Below are positions 28,871 through 43,880 of a stretch of 64,000 bases of DNA, piece after piece. The notes under the pieces were generated by a model. The model saw only the letters and a program-made list of their open reading frames with translations. It was not told the DNA's origin and made no database searches. Made by a program: the position numbers and the translations under genes. The stretch is taken from NCBI GenBank assembly GCA_030141605.1, contig JAQGDQ010000567.1, positions 1 through 64,000 on the forward strand, given 5' to 3'. Each line of letters begins with the position of its first letter. Within the stretch, counting starts at the first letter, position 1. Source of the stretch: Tubiluchus corallicola. Taxonomy: Eukaryota; Animalia; Priapulida.

Positions 28871-29636
28871 TTCCACTTATACGTTTTATGGGTTCTTAGG
28901 CCTTGTAAGGTGTCTTTATAAAATATTTCTTTCTTGAAATAGTAAAATGTTTTGTAAAGCTGTATTTTGTATTTGTGGTAATTTATAACGTATATTAAAT
29001 GTATATCTTCGTTGAACATATAATCATGTAGCTTATTCTTCACGAGGAGGACATTCACACTTATTTTTGCTGCAGTTTCTGCGGTACTGTTGCAAATTCT
29101 TGAATAATTATAATTTGGTTGAAGTCTGTAATCTGTGTAATCAAACAGATTATTTTGGTTGATCACGTTTTTCCTTACTCCTTTATCCTAGCTTAAGTTG
29201 GCTTAAACGTCGCTAAATATGTTATTATGACCCCAATAAATTGGTTTAAACTCCAAATCTCCCCCGATGTCTGCTCGCTCAAAAACTCCACCCGCAATTA
29301 CCTCGTAATTTTTAACTAAAACCAAAATTTGCTGCAGACAGTTCAATGGACCCGACACCGTTTCACGCAGGCGAGTTTTATGGGCATCGGAGTGGTCAAG
29401 AAGGAAGAACTGCGGGACCTGATTTCTGTGCCGGTTTCCAGTCAGTGCCAGGTTCACGGTTCATAAACGGAATGTGGTATGGTTCGTTTAATTTAGACAG
29501 AGAAACATGTTAAACTGATGAACTGAGGTTTATATTATTAGGTTATCACTATATCCTATTCCTTGTATACATTATGCTTAACCTGCCCTGAACATAATTG
29601 CATCATTATAATAGTCATGAAACATTACTACCTTAA

Positions 29637-30075
29637 CACTTTCATACCCGTTGTATCCCGTGGGATACGAGAATATTTTCTGCCTTAAAAATTAATAAAA
29701 TTTTAAAACTGACAGTTATTTTGATTTAAGCCAATAACAATAGACTAAAAATGGTGATAAAATGGCAAACTAGAAAATCTACATAGCATAAAGAACTGCG
29801 CAAGGTACAGTACTTTAGAGACGACTTTGTACAGATCAGCATAGCATGCATACTAAATGTCTGAAATACTTTGAAAAATTATCAGCAGTTGCAAAATGAA
29901 GCACATTTTATGCTTCCATTGAATCCCAATGTATCCCGTGGGATACAGGCTATATTTAACACGCGGGCACAGGTAGAAAAAAATAATTATGTGTAAACAA
30001 GATGGACATACTGAACAAAAGTACAAAGCTAAAAAAAATTTTCTTATTAAAAAAAACAATTTGGGACTGAAAGGA
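29637..30075. mobile_element. piggyBac-like MITE
   Basis: TTAA at 29633-29636 and 30076-30079; imperfect TIR CACTTTCATACCC / GGGACTGAAAGGA; internal palindrome GTATCCCGTGGGATAC twice. Confidence 0.65.
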
Positions 30076-30112
30076 TTAACAGACTGACTAACTTAGCACT
30101 GCATGTAATAGT

Positions 30113-30179
30113 GGTCGTGATTAGTACAACAGGTGTGGTGCAATCAGTCGTGATTAGTACAACAGGTGTGGTGCAATCA
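30113..30179. repeat. 34 bp tandem duplication
   Basis: GTCGTGATTAGTACAACAGGTGTGGTGCAATCA twice. Confidence 0.85.
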
Positions 30180-30328
30180 CACGATAACGGTACATTATCA
30201 CAAAAGAACAATAATTTTTAATTATATAGGACATAAATTATTTTACAACTTTTGTGATTCACACACTCTTTATGCAACTTCAGGTGTTAACATCTTTATC
30301 TTAAATGCTCGTTGTAATTATTGGCCTA

Positions 30329-30609
30329 TTTACCTGCCATCAGAATAGAAACTATGTTGTCAATTGTAAATACAGGGTAGTGTCTGAGGCAGGAGCAGGC
30401 ATATTAAAATACGTGTGGCCTACTAGTTACTGAGTTCGTAGTTGGTATACTTGTTGTGTATTGTCCAGTAAAAACTCAGTGAGAGAAAAAATTGTTGCTT
30501 TTTCAATTGACGCTGTACAATCGCCAAGTTAATTAGTTAAATTAGTTACCGAGGTTCAGCCTCAGTTACACGAATACAACATTACATGTATGATTTCGGT
30601 AAATATAAG
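30329..30609. repeat. Diverged direct repeat, copy 1 (copy 2 at 31722-31953)
   Basis: Shared blocks GAGCAGGCATATTAAAATA, TTCGTAGTTGGTATACTTGTTGTGTA, GTTAAATTAGTTACCGAGGTTCAGCCTCA and TGATTTCGGTAAATATAAG. Confidence 0.85.
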
Positions 30610-30642
30610 CTGTGCAAAAAATAGAAACATTCCAGATTTGAA

Positions 30643-30890
30643 TAAGTCATAAGTCATTTATTTCACATTACACATTTACAATAGTTTCATGTACAATATC
30701 TAGTGAAAGGGCCTACAAAGAACGTAATACAAGTAAGAAATACTGCACAGGAAAAACCTCACACACTGTTCACCTATATACGAAGGTAAATGTGTTGCGG
30801 GCAATCAAAAAGCAGGGCTTCTTAAATTGTCCCACACAGTGATAGAAAAAAAGCAATGGAAATAATCTGAAAATTTAAAGTGAAGCGTAT
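30643..30890 (-). mobile_element. LINE 3' end with (ATGACTT)n tail
   Basis: Minus frame FSDYFHCFFSITVWDNL resembles the FF...WN.L motif; AATAAA and short tandem tail; copy at 25469-25670. Confidence 0.65.
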
Positions 30891-31721
30891 GATAAAAAAC
30901 ATTAGTGCTTAAAATGGAATGAAATGGAAAAATGGAATGGAATGTTGGAATTGTGGATTCCACAAGAGTCATACTGTACGTGACAATGAGTAAGACGATT
31001 ATTATTAAAACGTAAAAAGGGAAGTTCAAAGAAGTTCACACCAAATTGCTAGGCCTCAATTTCAACACACGACAAAGTCATATTTGTTTTGCTCTTCACA
31101 AGAACTGCTCAAGTAAGGCAACAATAAAATCAGTGCTCGTTTAGGAAAAATAACTAAGTGACCACTGGCATGCTATAAATAGACAACAGTTCAGTGTCAT
31201 TTGTTCCATACAAAGTAACATTTTCTCGTTCGATGAACTTTTACAAGAACTTGCGGCGGCGAATCTTGTGACTAGCGCCAACTGCCACTTTCACTGAACT
31301 GGGGTAACGAACTACATACCTGGGAACGCATTGGGGAGAGGACGTTGGCCCAGTCCGAGATTCCAACTGCTACCGCCCAGAGCGCCACTGCTAAGCCGAG
31401 CACTCTGTGTACCTAAGCCACGATGAATGTTGGTTTCTTTATGTATGAGGAATGAAGAACATGTAGGAACTTAGAGTGGAAAATGAGCGCATTGACTCCT
31501 TGGTTCGATTTCATAATATTTACCAACTAGAAAGTTTTGTTTAGGCTGGGTCAGTCACCAAGTTTTCTAGCTATTAGGCAATTCATGACAAACTGCCGTA
31601 ACATTAAAATTTCATCATCTAAGAAAACATTGAGGCTTAAGCACCAAGATTTATGCCTTACCAAATCATTTTCCAACCTCTCCAAATATCAGGTACTTGT
31701 TAAACACTAAGATTTAATGTA

Positions 31722-31953
31722 GTTACCTGCCATAGTTAGGGTAGAGTCTGAAGCAGAGCAGGCATATTAAAATATGTGTACTCTACCGGTTACTGAATTC
31801 GTAGTTGGTATACTTGTTGTGTACTTGCCCAGTATAGTAGAAAAAACCCAGTGAGAGAAAAACTTGATGCTCGGTAAAAGTTAAATTAGTTACCGAGGTT
31901 CAGCCTCAATTATACGAATATAAAATTAAATGAGTGATTTCGGTAAATATAAG
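31722..31953. repeat. Diverged direct repeat, copy 2
   Basis: Same shared blocks as 30329-30609. Confidence 0.85.
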
Positions 31954-32859
31954 TAGTGGCAGTTCGATAGAACTAATGCCAAAGATATTATTACTATAAT
32001 TACTCTAGAAGTGAGTACACGGAACATCCAGGAAAACTTTTTACCTGAAATTTCAGTAGCTGAATGTAAATTCTAAACACTAGCGAATTTATAGTCTCAA
32101 TGACTTCTGAATGTTACAAGTCAATCATAAGATTGCTTATTAAGCAGCCCGATTGTATGAATTCATAGGCTTATAATGCCATGTAACTACCATACAATCA
32201 ATCCTGATCTGTTCGCTATAATGCATCTCTTGTGCGGGTTTTAGCAATTTACTTCATCCCTAATCTATAGAAAATCAATTATTTAGGGTGAACGAGCGCC
32301 ATTCCCTGCATTTATGGGGATAATGCAATGTGTGCCAACGTACTCGAACATTGAACTGCCCGTGTATAATAATTACCGCTCGAGTAACACAGACGAGTTT
32401 CAGAACTATCTCCCACTGGCACTTTCACTCAACTTGAGTCAACTGGGTGAACGAACCTTGACAAGATCCACCAGTACTGAGCTTCACCACCATTGAGCAG
32501 GGGGACATTGCTCTACTGACAGTTGTAGGACGCGGCCACAGGAGGCGGTAGCACGCAGTGTCTTGTGGGTGGGCCACTCTGGGTGCTGGGTTTGTGGTGT
32601 CGTCGTAATAGTGGACGGTGAGGGCACGTGATTGCACAGAGTGCACAGGTGAATACACCCATTAAGGCTTGAACGAACAAGAATGCAGTGATTTATAAAA
32701 TGTGAAATTCTCAACATACCGCGTGTGCCTTGAACTGACTGTCACTTTAATTTTAGGTCTCTGGTAATCATTAGATCACTTGTGATTAAATGTCAACCCT
32801 TCGTGGGTTTTATCAAAGGCACAACAACTAATAACTTAAACAAATAACTTATATGTAAG

Positions 32860-32970
32860 TCTAGGGCGAGCGATATAACCAAGTGGAAATGATACCCAGC
32901 TAGCAAAATAAAGAAAAACAGGCTTGGTTAGTAACTAAATGGGTGACTGGCAACAACCATACTGCCTACG
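32860..32970 (+). pseudogene. Highly degraded 5S rRNA-derived sequence
   Basis: GGCTTGGTTAGTAACTAAATGGGTGAC matches the 5S internal control region GCCTGGTTAGTACTTGGATGGGTGAC; the rest is poorly conserved. Confidence 0.4.
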
Positions 32971-33621
32971 ATTATTTGCATCGTTGATCGAGGCATTGTT
33001 GTACATCCGACTATGTTTGAGACACCTAGGACCAGCCATCCCTATATAAAAGGTTTCCGTCCTGCCATTGTTGCTAACAGAACAGATGGACTCAGCCAGG
33101 TGAGTGCTGGGCACCGGATTGTATACTTAAATTATAAAAAGAGTATATTAATAATACGCCATTATTGTTACTGCTATTCTTTGTCAGTTTTATTCTTATT
33201 CTTAAATTGAGTTGAAGTCTGTTTAAACGTGAACAAGTTAGAGTATTTCACTTATGGTAAACTTAAAAAAATATACAAAAATGTTTACATCAACCTAAGT
33301 TGCAAATCTGAAAACAAACACAGTTTTTATGGTAAATTTTAATGTGAATGTAAATTATTATACATGCAGGTGCATAATAATAAGCTGATTTATGAATTTG
33401 TGTTCCCTGTATACACCACAAATACTTCAAATCAAATCATTTATTTTTCATCCCAATAACAATACAAAGAAAAATAGGTATCAATAAAAAAGCCAAACAA
33501 ATGGGAAAGGGTGGCGAAAAACATTAGTTATCGAATCAGCCACCCCAAGCCGAGTATTAAATTAGTATTATGCAGTGCTGTAATTATATATTAATTGTAT
33601 ATAAACTGAAGTATCCCCCCC

Positions 33622-33643
33622 CACACACACACACGCACACGCG

Positions 33644-33682
<39 letters not shown>

Positions 33683-33702
33683 GTATATATATATGTATAT
33701 AT

Positions 33703-33753
<51 letters not shown>
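33622..33753. repeat. (CA)n/(TA)n microsatellite
   Basis: Read directly. Confidence 0.95.
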
Positions 33754-33757
<4 letters not shown>

Positions 33758-34138
33758 GTAAATATATGTACTATAGTAATATTAAAAAAAGTTATTTCAG
33801 TGGGATAGCCTTCCTAAACTTTTGCTGTTAGTCTTAAGCCTTGCTACGTTTAAAGCTCACAGTTAAAACAAAGGAAGCTTTTAATTCATGGAGGAGGTCA
33901 GGCGGGAAGAGGTACCGTCCTGTACCATGTGAGCTGTTCACCTGCTACAAGCTTTGTTACATCATCACGCTTGCTCTCTGTTCGAAATCAACTAGTAATT
34001 AGCTGTTTAGAATGATTTGATAATTGGTTTCTAATTGTTTAGTGTACAAAAGACATTGCGTTTACTGAACCAATATTAATGCTCTTTGTAGTGCCTCAGT
34101 ACTGCAGCTCCCCTTCATTGAGATATGCTAATGGGGAT

Positions 34139-34263
34139 ATTTGGCCTGCACTTATGTATAGGCTTTATTAGGCCTTCCATTTGGCCTGCACTTATGTATA
34201 GGCTTTATTAGGCCTTCCATTTGGCCTACAGTTATGTATAGGCTTTATTAGGCTTTCCATTTG
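34139..34263. repeat. 40 bp tandem repeat, 3 copies
   Basis: ATTTGGCCTGCACTTATGTATAGGCTTTATTAGGCCTTCC. Confidence 0.92.
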
Positions 34264-35189
34264 TAAAACGTTACTGTATGTGTTTTTTGTGTAAAAGGAA
34301 AGTTTAACTAATACTTCTCAGAAAAGTGACTTTCGCGTAATTTGCAATAAAACTTTTTTTAATCATATTAAAATGTTTTAAACTTTTTAAAAGGTTGATA
34401 AAATGTTTCAAGTTATGATGTTGCAATTTTGTAATTTTTGATAAAACCATCTGAAGTCTTTTTAAAATTTTGTAAAACGAAAAGCTACACGTATTCGTTC
34501 TTTTAAAAAAGAAAAATTTTAATTGCGGTTATTATTACTAATACTTAGCACATTTTTGTAAAATCAATTCACATTTTTTTGTAAATTCTATGTAAGCTTG
34601 TATATACAAGTATTTCTGACATCATCGACTTATGAAACATAAAGTAAAGACCATTAACGAAAATGACGAATCTCAATTTAATAAATTTAAATTAAACTTA
34701 CATTTTAAGTATTAATCTTGGCCTTATTTTTTAATTTTATTGAGAAAATAGCAAATCATTTCATTCCTATGCATTTTGCAAATTACACAAATTCTTGTTT
34801 TCCTGTAATCTCGAGCATTACCTGTAAAGAACGAAACACCGATCCACTCCTACAGGCACTGCTCGCTATTATAATCGCAATTAAAATTTGCTAACCCACG
34901 CAAAGACCGGATGTGAAACATTGCGGATGTCTTAAACAAAGATTGTTTAATAAAAATGATGGTCAAACGAGAGCTGCAGCGTGGGTTGGCAGGGGGCAAA
35001 GCCCGACCCGTGTAGTCTACCTACACAAAGAACTTCCCGGATGGTGACGAGTCAGACTTGGAACTCACGGACGGTTTTCTTTGTATTACTCCGCCTGTCT
35101 GCAAGTCTGTAAGAAGAAATAGTGGTGTATAGGCGTTTTTAACTTAAGCAGTAGACTATTCTTCACCGTTTTGTTTTGGAAATGTGAAC

Positions 35190-35550
35190 AAACCTTATCG
35201 AATGAATTCCATCACTAAGCAAGCAATACAACTTTGGAATTCATTACCGACATCACTAAAACACAGCAGCTCTTTATCAATATTCAAGTCTAAATTTAAA
35301 AAAAACATTTAATGACTCGTTTTGAATATCCGACATACGAACACGATGATGCTTACTCAAATCATAATTTCATTTTTCCTAGACCTTACTAAACTAGTTT
35401 GTATTTTATTTTTGAATTTCTAGTGGCACTTATAGTTTAGCTTGCACCTGACGCATTTGCCCAGAACAGTGTATGTTTTTATATGAACTAACACTGATTG
35501 TCTGTCTTTTATTATGATGGTCAATGTTTTAAAATGGCAAATAAAGATCT

Positions 35551-35588
<38 letters not shown>
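35190..35588 (+). mobile_element. CR1/L2-group LINE 3' end, subfamily A, copy 3
   Basis: NSITKQAIQLWNSLPTSLKHSSSLSIFKSK...; AATAAA and (CTA)n tail. Confidence 0.85.
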
Positions 35589-35920
35589 AATTCCAAAATA
35601 ACTTTTTGTCTGCGCCTTTTAAAAGTGAAAACGAATGATTCCGCCAAGCATTCTTCATGAATTATGGCAATTTGACAAAGGTACCACACCGAATCGAGTT
35701 CATGACCCACGCGACCTTATAGCGTTGCCACAGTAACACCTGGCCAAGTTTTGACGGGGAGGTAGTCAAGTGTGGCCGTTGATCAGTGGTACATAGCAAA
35801 ATTTACATTGAAATTGAGAGTAAAAAAGTTCATGTCTCTTGCATTAGAGACTTACATCGTATTGACTATTTATGACGGGTTTATTATTGCTTGCGAAAGT
35901 CCTCACTCACAGTTTCTTCT

Positions 35921-36918
<998 letters not shown>

Positions 36919-37371
36919 AAAAAAGACGATTTTCTATGGAGTTGTGCACGCTACAAGCCAGGATCCAGCAAGACTTTGTGGCAGAACTCAAACAATTCCA
37001 GTATCATGAATCATTTTTCTAAGATACAGCGAAAGTGTTTAGCCACTTCAGTCACTAAACACAAAACTTTGACCACTGAGCTAAACTACTTGCCTAAAAC
37101 TGACTACAGACAGTAATAGCAAGTATCAGCCTTGCATTTGAAATCCGTGTCACCAGTGTGGCAGTGTGCCACCTGGATGCCATGACACAACCCGCCATTT
37201 AAAAACTCACACTTGTTTATTTTCAACTTGATTTTTAAATATAATTACTTTGTGCAATTTGTTAGCCAAACAAAGTTCTGATTTGTTTATTGATTATCAT
37301 TTTAATATCAGTAACGTATATAAACGTACATAAGTAATACATATATAGTTTTCGCAGGAAAGTCTGAAAAA

Positions 37372-37437
37372 TTTTGCACTCCACTAAGACTCGAACTCAA
37401 GACTTCCTGCTTTCCGGTCAGAAATGTATTATAGCTC
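37372..37437 (-). mobile_element. tRNA-derived SINE head fragment
   Basis: Minus strand ...GGAAGTCTTGAGTTCGAGTCTTAGTGG contains a B box and a T-arm-like stem. Confidence 0.4.
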
Positions 37438-37941
37438 CTATTCAAAATTTTAAAAGAAATATTGCCAATTTGTTATCACAGTAGAGAGCAACAGAGTGTT
37501 TGTGACCCCATATACATAGATGGCTATATAAGCATATACACAGGGACTAGAGAAGAGTTTGGGGGAAAAAACTACAACCGAGGAATCTGGCTGCAATAGT
37601 ATAAGCGATATCAATTACTAAAAACCTTAAAACAAGAGTGAAAGTTCATGACTTATCGGAATTTAGCTGTTTTTTAGCTTCACATTCTACCGCAATTCAC
37701 ACTGATCCCAAATAATAACAACTTTGCGGCCGTTTTAATTAAACTTAAACGCAGAGTGACACTTAACCTACATTTCACGAGTTTAGTTGTTCTTAGACAG
37801 TTAAAATAAACAAAGAGGGCGAAAAACCATGTATATGGCTAATGATGAAGAGTAATTTTAACTTAATTAACTACAGCCAATCCTAGCTTTCCTACTTTTG
37901 TAGTAGGTCATATACACACGTATATATATATATATATATAT

Positions 37942-38055
37942 AGCCACAAAAGGTCACAATCCGTCCCTTATCACATGTGATATATATGTATGTATATACG
38001 TATATATGTATATACGTATATATGTATATATATATATATATATGTATATGTATAT

Positions 38056-38150
<95 letters not shown>

Positions 38151-38217
38151 ACACACACTTTCTTGTAGAGTATATATATCACATGTGATAAGGGACGGAT
38201 TATGACCTCTTGTGGCT
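37942..38217. repeat. 46 bp inverted repeats enclosing a (TA)/(CA)n microsatellite
   Basis: AGCCACAAAAGGTCACAATCCGTCCCTTATCACATGTGATATATAT at 37942 and its reverse complement (2 mismatches) ending at 38217. Confidence 0.9.
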
Positions 38218-39093
38218 TGAGATAATGCTCCCCCCCCTTAGAAGGCGACTTAAATACTTTTTACTAGCGACATTTACGTAGGTTATTGTAAATACTTTAA
38301 ACAAACTCTATTTTTTACTTGTCAGGAAGTATATTCTTTAATAAGAAACACAACTATTTTACTGTTTATTGCACACCAAATTAGCACACGTTTTAACGCA
38401 ACCACAGTAAAAAAAACAGATTTTTAACTGAACGTTACCAAAGCTTGAGGAGCCCTAGCCAATTGCATAATCTTGCCCTGCATGTGACGTATACTGATGC
38501 ACCTATTTCAGACACCTGAGATAATATGGTAAGTCAGTAGTAAGCTGTGTACATTTAGATGACTTTAAACCACGTTAAAGTTTATTAATAAATGCACTCA
38601 TTTCGTCTATCCTCGTGCTTCAGGTTTAAGCTGAACTATCTATAGAAGTAGCCGTAATCTGCTTCTGGGAGTCTCAGGTTTGACGTCATTGAAATAAGTT
38701 GGCAGGCTTCCAGATTCAATTCACGGCTATCAGAATTTTCAAGAATGTTGAAAGTTTTTTAAAAGTCTACAACATCACAGAGTCAAGTCGACGCAAGCTG
38801 GTGTTTATTTTGATGTCGAAAGGGCGTCATCGTACATTCTTGAAAACAAACTTAAAACAACACGGGGCTATGACGTCACTTTGTCTTGCACTTCTGTCAG
38901 ATGATTAATAATTATCATCGTCTCTAGAAGTTTGCACTTTGGTCTGTTTTCACTCAGTTAATTATTGCTTACCACCAATGTGTTTAAAAATAATAAGTGG
39001 AATGCCAAAACTAATACGGTCTCCTCATCTACGACTGCATGGAAGAGTGCAAAAACTGTTCTCCCTCTCCTAATTCCATTTTTTTCAGAAATA

Positions 39094-39555
39094 TTATTAT
39101 TATTATTATTATTATTATGAGTTTATTTCGTATAAAAATATACAGTTTACAAAGATAAAGATGTTAGTAAAACAGGTAATGCGATGTTAGTAAAGTAACA
39201 TATCTACAGACATTCAACTTTATAATAGCCACACATTGTAGTTCCCTTGTAATTATATTACAGAATACAGTGTTGTATGGAGCTATAATAGATATCTTAA
39301 AACATAATCTTTAAATGAGTTCTTAACCTTTAATTTTACATTTTCATTTAGATCTACAGTACAACCATATTTAAATCTTAAATTTACTCGACTGTTATTT
39401 ACATAATAGCATAGCTTTGGAATTCTCAATGTGCAAGAGTTTACAATTTTTCTCACAAAGTTTAATTTTCGACTAACTATTAAACAATTCGCAGGCATTG
39501 TGCCACAAAAATACGTTAACGATTTGACGCTTTCATTTTGTCTAAAACATTTTAT
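39094..39555 (-). mobile_element. LINE 3' end (RTEX-like, inferred)
   Basis: Minus frame FRQNESVKSLTYFCGTMPANCLIVSRKLNFVRKI; AATAAA and (AAT)n tail; overlaps the motif in the 41020 fragment. Confidence 0.6.
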
Positions 39556-40369
39556 CTAATATACAGTTTGCATGCGGATTTCTATTGTTGCAACAAGCGA
39601 ACTGCAGAACGAAGAGTGTAGTTTACTCACTGAAAGGAATTTCTGGAATCTTTTTGATGTCTGAATATTTTACTGAGAAATAATATTGAAAACATTGCAA
39701 AAACTGTTCAAAACAATTTCTTATTTTGTGCTTTGGATACTTTTAAACAACAATTTCTTATTTCAAGCTTTGTGAACGACGGAATTTACGGTTTACGCGG
39801 AATCGTGAAGAGGAGAATGATGAGAAACATAAACCATGCAATCGATTATGCACGTCTGGCTGGCAGAAAGACTCGCGAATATTTTAAGAATTCCATGGAG
39901 GTGTTAAATGAGATCTTTCAATGTAAATTCCTGAATTATATGACATTCCTCACAAAGTGTGCCTCGATCTCGCTCTGTAGACAGGAAACGGAACAAGACG
40001 AAAGTTCAATTTAGTTTTGGTTTTACGATACGCTGTTCAGAGAAATATCGAATCACTGATCTCAGATACGCAAAAGTGCAGATCGTGAGCCTCTGAACAC
40101 GTAGACTGTCTTATTAGCCTTAAGCCTATAGCTGGGAATCCGTAAATGCACCTGACAACGTCTGAACTACATGTATTTTACTTATTGGAAGGTCCAAGAA
40201 GAATTAGTTTTACTTTATTGTACATGCTTGCTCGACTTTGCTTATTTATCATTTAGTCATCAGGTCTGTTTTTTTCAGTTAGTTTTATTCCTTGTACAAA
40301 ACCGGAAATAATCCACGTTGTCCAAGGAAAAGTACAAGAGACCGAAATACTTAATAGGAGACTAATAGG

Positions 40370-40434
40370 AGTGTGTGCGTGTGTGCGCGTGCGTGCGTGT
40401 GTGTGCGTGCATGTGTGTGTGTGTGTGTGTGTGG

Positions 40435-40486
<52 letters not shown>

Positions 40487-40599
40487 CGTGTGGTGTGTGT
40501 GTGTGTGTGTGTGCATGCGCGCGCGCGTGTGTGTGTGTGGTGTGTGTGTGTGCGTGTGCGTGCGTGCGTGCGTGCCTGTGTGTGTGTGCGTGTGTGTGT
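40370..40599. repeat. (GT)n/(GCGT)n microsatellite
   Basis: Read directly. Confidence 0.95.
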
Positions 40600-41020
40600 T
40601 TAAGCAAATTGAAATTTACGACTTTACTAACAAAAACTTAGCGAATTTCCTTTAAGTGTGTCTTGTGTCTTGGGTGTAATTATAATATTAGGTATATAAT
40701 GCCTTATTTGTGTAACAAACCCAAGTTTATTTCAAATGTGAGAGACCTTTACTAATCACCTTTACTAAACTGATGCATTTTTAAAATTTATCGATTTTCA
40801 AATTAGTAGTACAAGTAATCATTGTACAGTAATCAATTTAGCTGATGAAATTCACTGGGGCAAAAACTCCTGGAATAAGTAAAATCTACTTTTTGTGACT
40901 AAAAGGGCATTTAGCTGGTAGTCATATAACCCAAGTTTATCATGGTGTCTCTTTTTCTCAATCCAAGAGTAAAACTTAATCATTTAGCTTTTTAGTGCTT
41001 CTTATTTTAATAGAATTTAT

Positions 41021-41224
41021 CTACATTCTTATACTTTTATACAATTTGACACTTTCATTTTGGCTAAAACCGAATATTTTTCTATAAGCAGTGTTCCATT
41101 TTACCCTAATGGCATTAACTTCATTGTTTGATATACCCCCAATTTCGCATCCGTATAGCAAAGTGGGTAGACAATATGTATTGATCAGAGTTTTAGCTAC
41201 TGTGTCGTTACGATTACGGCCCAT
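41021..41224 (-). mobile_element. Non-LTR retrotransposon ORF2 fragment (post-RT thumb region)
   Basis: KTLINTYCLPTLLYGCEI.....IRVKWNTAYRKIFG...NESVK is the L.YGCE.W-type motif of LINE ORF2. Confidence 0.75.
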
Positions 41225-41992
41225 ACTTGAGAGATGTAGATCTGTTATCTATTTCAGTGTTGCCAAGCGAAATTTAACGCCGAAATTTAACGAGCATTGA
41301 AGCGGACAGTCAGCCATCCACTTACTGACCAGAGTCGCTGCTGCTCAGCTTTGATCGGTAAAACAGTCATGATAACCCTTGGCTATTCAACTCCCCCGTT
41401 ATTTCATAAATACAGTGTAGTTTGTAACTAAATAAGTCTGTCAGCGTTTCTCATATGTAGATCTGTTATCTATTTCAGTGTTGCCAAGCGAAATTTAATG
41501 CTGCGCAGGTCGGTTTAACACATACGCAGTGCTAACAGTTCTCATCACATGAGCTTGAGCAATATTTGGGTGGCAGGGCGTGTGACCCACCAACTGGCTT
41601 CATTCCAAAAATATCGCGGCTTCCCGAATTTGCGCAGCTCTAGGAATGTGTCGTCGTAGTTTAAGTCAGTTGATTCGCTCGTGGTTTTACAAGGGTAAAT
41701 ACAATCTTGGAGTGTTCGGTAATAGGCGCATGGCGAATTCTTGCAACTCAAAATATTATTCCAGTCGAATAACTTGACAGAAATGGAAGGCAGCAGTTCG
41801 GCTTGGGTTTCAGCAAGCCCACGACGTTTTAACTGTTACAGTCAAAGGGTTAACGCTTATAAAGGCATGCCGTAGTACCCAGCTGCAGTAGTGGAAAGCG
41901 ATTATGTTAAGCAACTTTTACATTTGACACTTTTGTGCTCGTCTGGCTGTCTGGCAAGCCCGGGATTCAGTTACATTATAACGCAATGAGCC

Positions 41993-42418
<426 letters not shown>

Positions 42419-42799
42419 ATTCTTTATTGCAATTAATGTACACAAACTATACAGTACAAAATACATATACATAAAATTTTTGTGTACAAACAGTCGCTGG
42501 ACTGATGAATGCAATAGCGTCTATACTAAATCTATTTTAGAATCTACTATCATTATTAATTTCTACTTAATTTTAACACTCACAAAATTCTAACATTGTA
42601 AAACAAAACAAAAAATCACATTAATGAGTACACAAAAAATACAATGTAACATCTACAAATTTTAAAATTGCACAACAATTGAAAACATTCAAATTAACAC
42701 AAAGGAACTTATAGAATACTAATTAATTGCAAATTTATAAAATGCATTACTGCATTAATTTACCAAACAATACAAACATAACTGTACTCTCTTTCTTTC

Positions 42800-42949
<150 letters not shown>

Positions 42950-43228
42950 AATACAAAATATACTGCCAATACAATGCACTTTTTATAGTGCTCATAAATG
43001 TATCAGCATCCCACTTAAAGCTAACAAGCTATCAGTTCTTAAAAAAGCTTCTGTATACTAAACACCAGAACGTTTAGAAAATTTCAAACAAAAATCAAAA
43101 GAAACTCTCAATTTAGTAATAACGGCATAGTTTCTAGGGAGTACTAGATGCAACCGAGTGCTGGAATTCACGTGCTTAAAATCACGGATCACATAGAATA
43201 AGCTGTTACACATTTCAGCAAAATATAG

Positions 43229-43571
43229 ACATATAATAATAGATTATAGGTTTATAGAAGCTGTTATCACACCTACTAAATAATTTTCGTTTCGCAACTT
43301 TGCGTAGGACAGGTCTTGCGACATTGCGCGACAATTTGTCTCCAAGTGGGTTTTGAAATAACCTGGCTTCAGGCAGCGACGCAGTATGATGCTTATGTGA
43401 CATATAATATTAGATTATAGGTCTATAGAAGCTGTTATCATACCTACTAAATAATTTTCGTTTCGCAACTTTGCGTAGGACAGGTCTTGCGACATTGCGC
43501 GACAATTTGTCTCCAAGTGGGTTTTGAAATAACCTGGCTTCAGGCAGCGACGCAGTATGATGATTATGTGA
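43229..43571. repeat. About 171 bp tandem duplication
   Basis: ACCTACTAAATAATTTTCG... at 43271 and 43442; near-identical copies. Confidence 0.92.
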
Positions 43572-43880
43572 TGACGCAATGCTGGAAAGAAGCCACCGCT
43601 TCCAGGAAGCTGTGAAACGCTTGACCACGCGTGATGCGTGTGTGGAGGTTTATTCACTCTACACGTCATCACCCCACGCGGTTTATCTAGTTCAATTCAA
43701 TTCAAGGTGTCAATGCTCAAGACGGGGACTCTCAGGGACGCCCAGTTCGTTAAACGGCTTGAGTTTATCGCCCACGTACATCACACTGGAAAGAAACCCA
43801 GTGAAGTGTGCGTCGTATTTCCGGAAATAAGTAGAAAGTGCATGTAATGATAATTATTAAAAATTGGGTAGCACATATAT

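Noticed and set aside
34983-35020. GC hairpin as a Helitron 3' end
   Set aside because: No clean CTRR terminus and no identifiable 5' TC end.
35085-35135. ACTCCGCCTGT resembling a twister ribozyme 5' strand
   Set aside because: The downstream GGTCCCAAGCCC/GGAG elements are missing.
37159-37182. TGGCAGTGTG matching the miR-34 5' end
   Set aside because: Only 10 nt match and no pre-miRNA-length hairpin.
43579-43850. Protein-like ORFs on both strands
   Set aside because: No recognisable domain or splice boundaries; frames are broken by stops.
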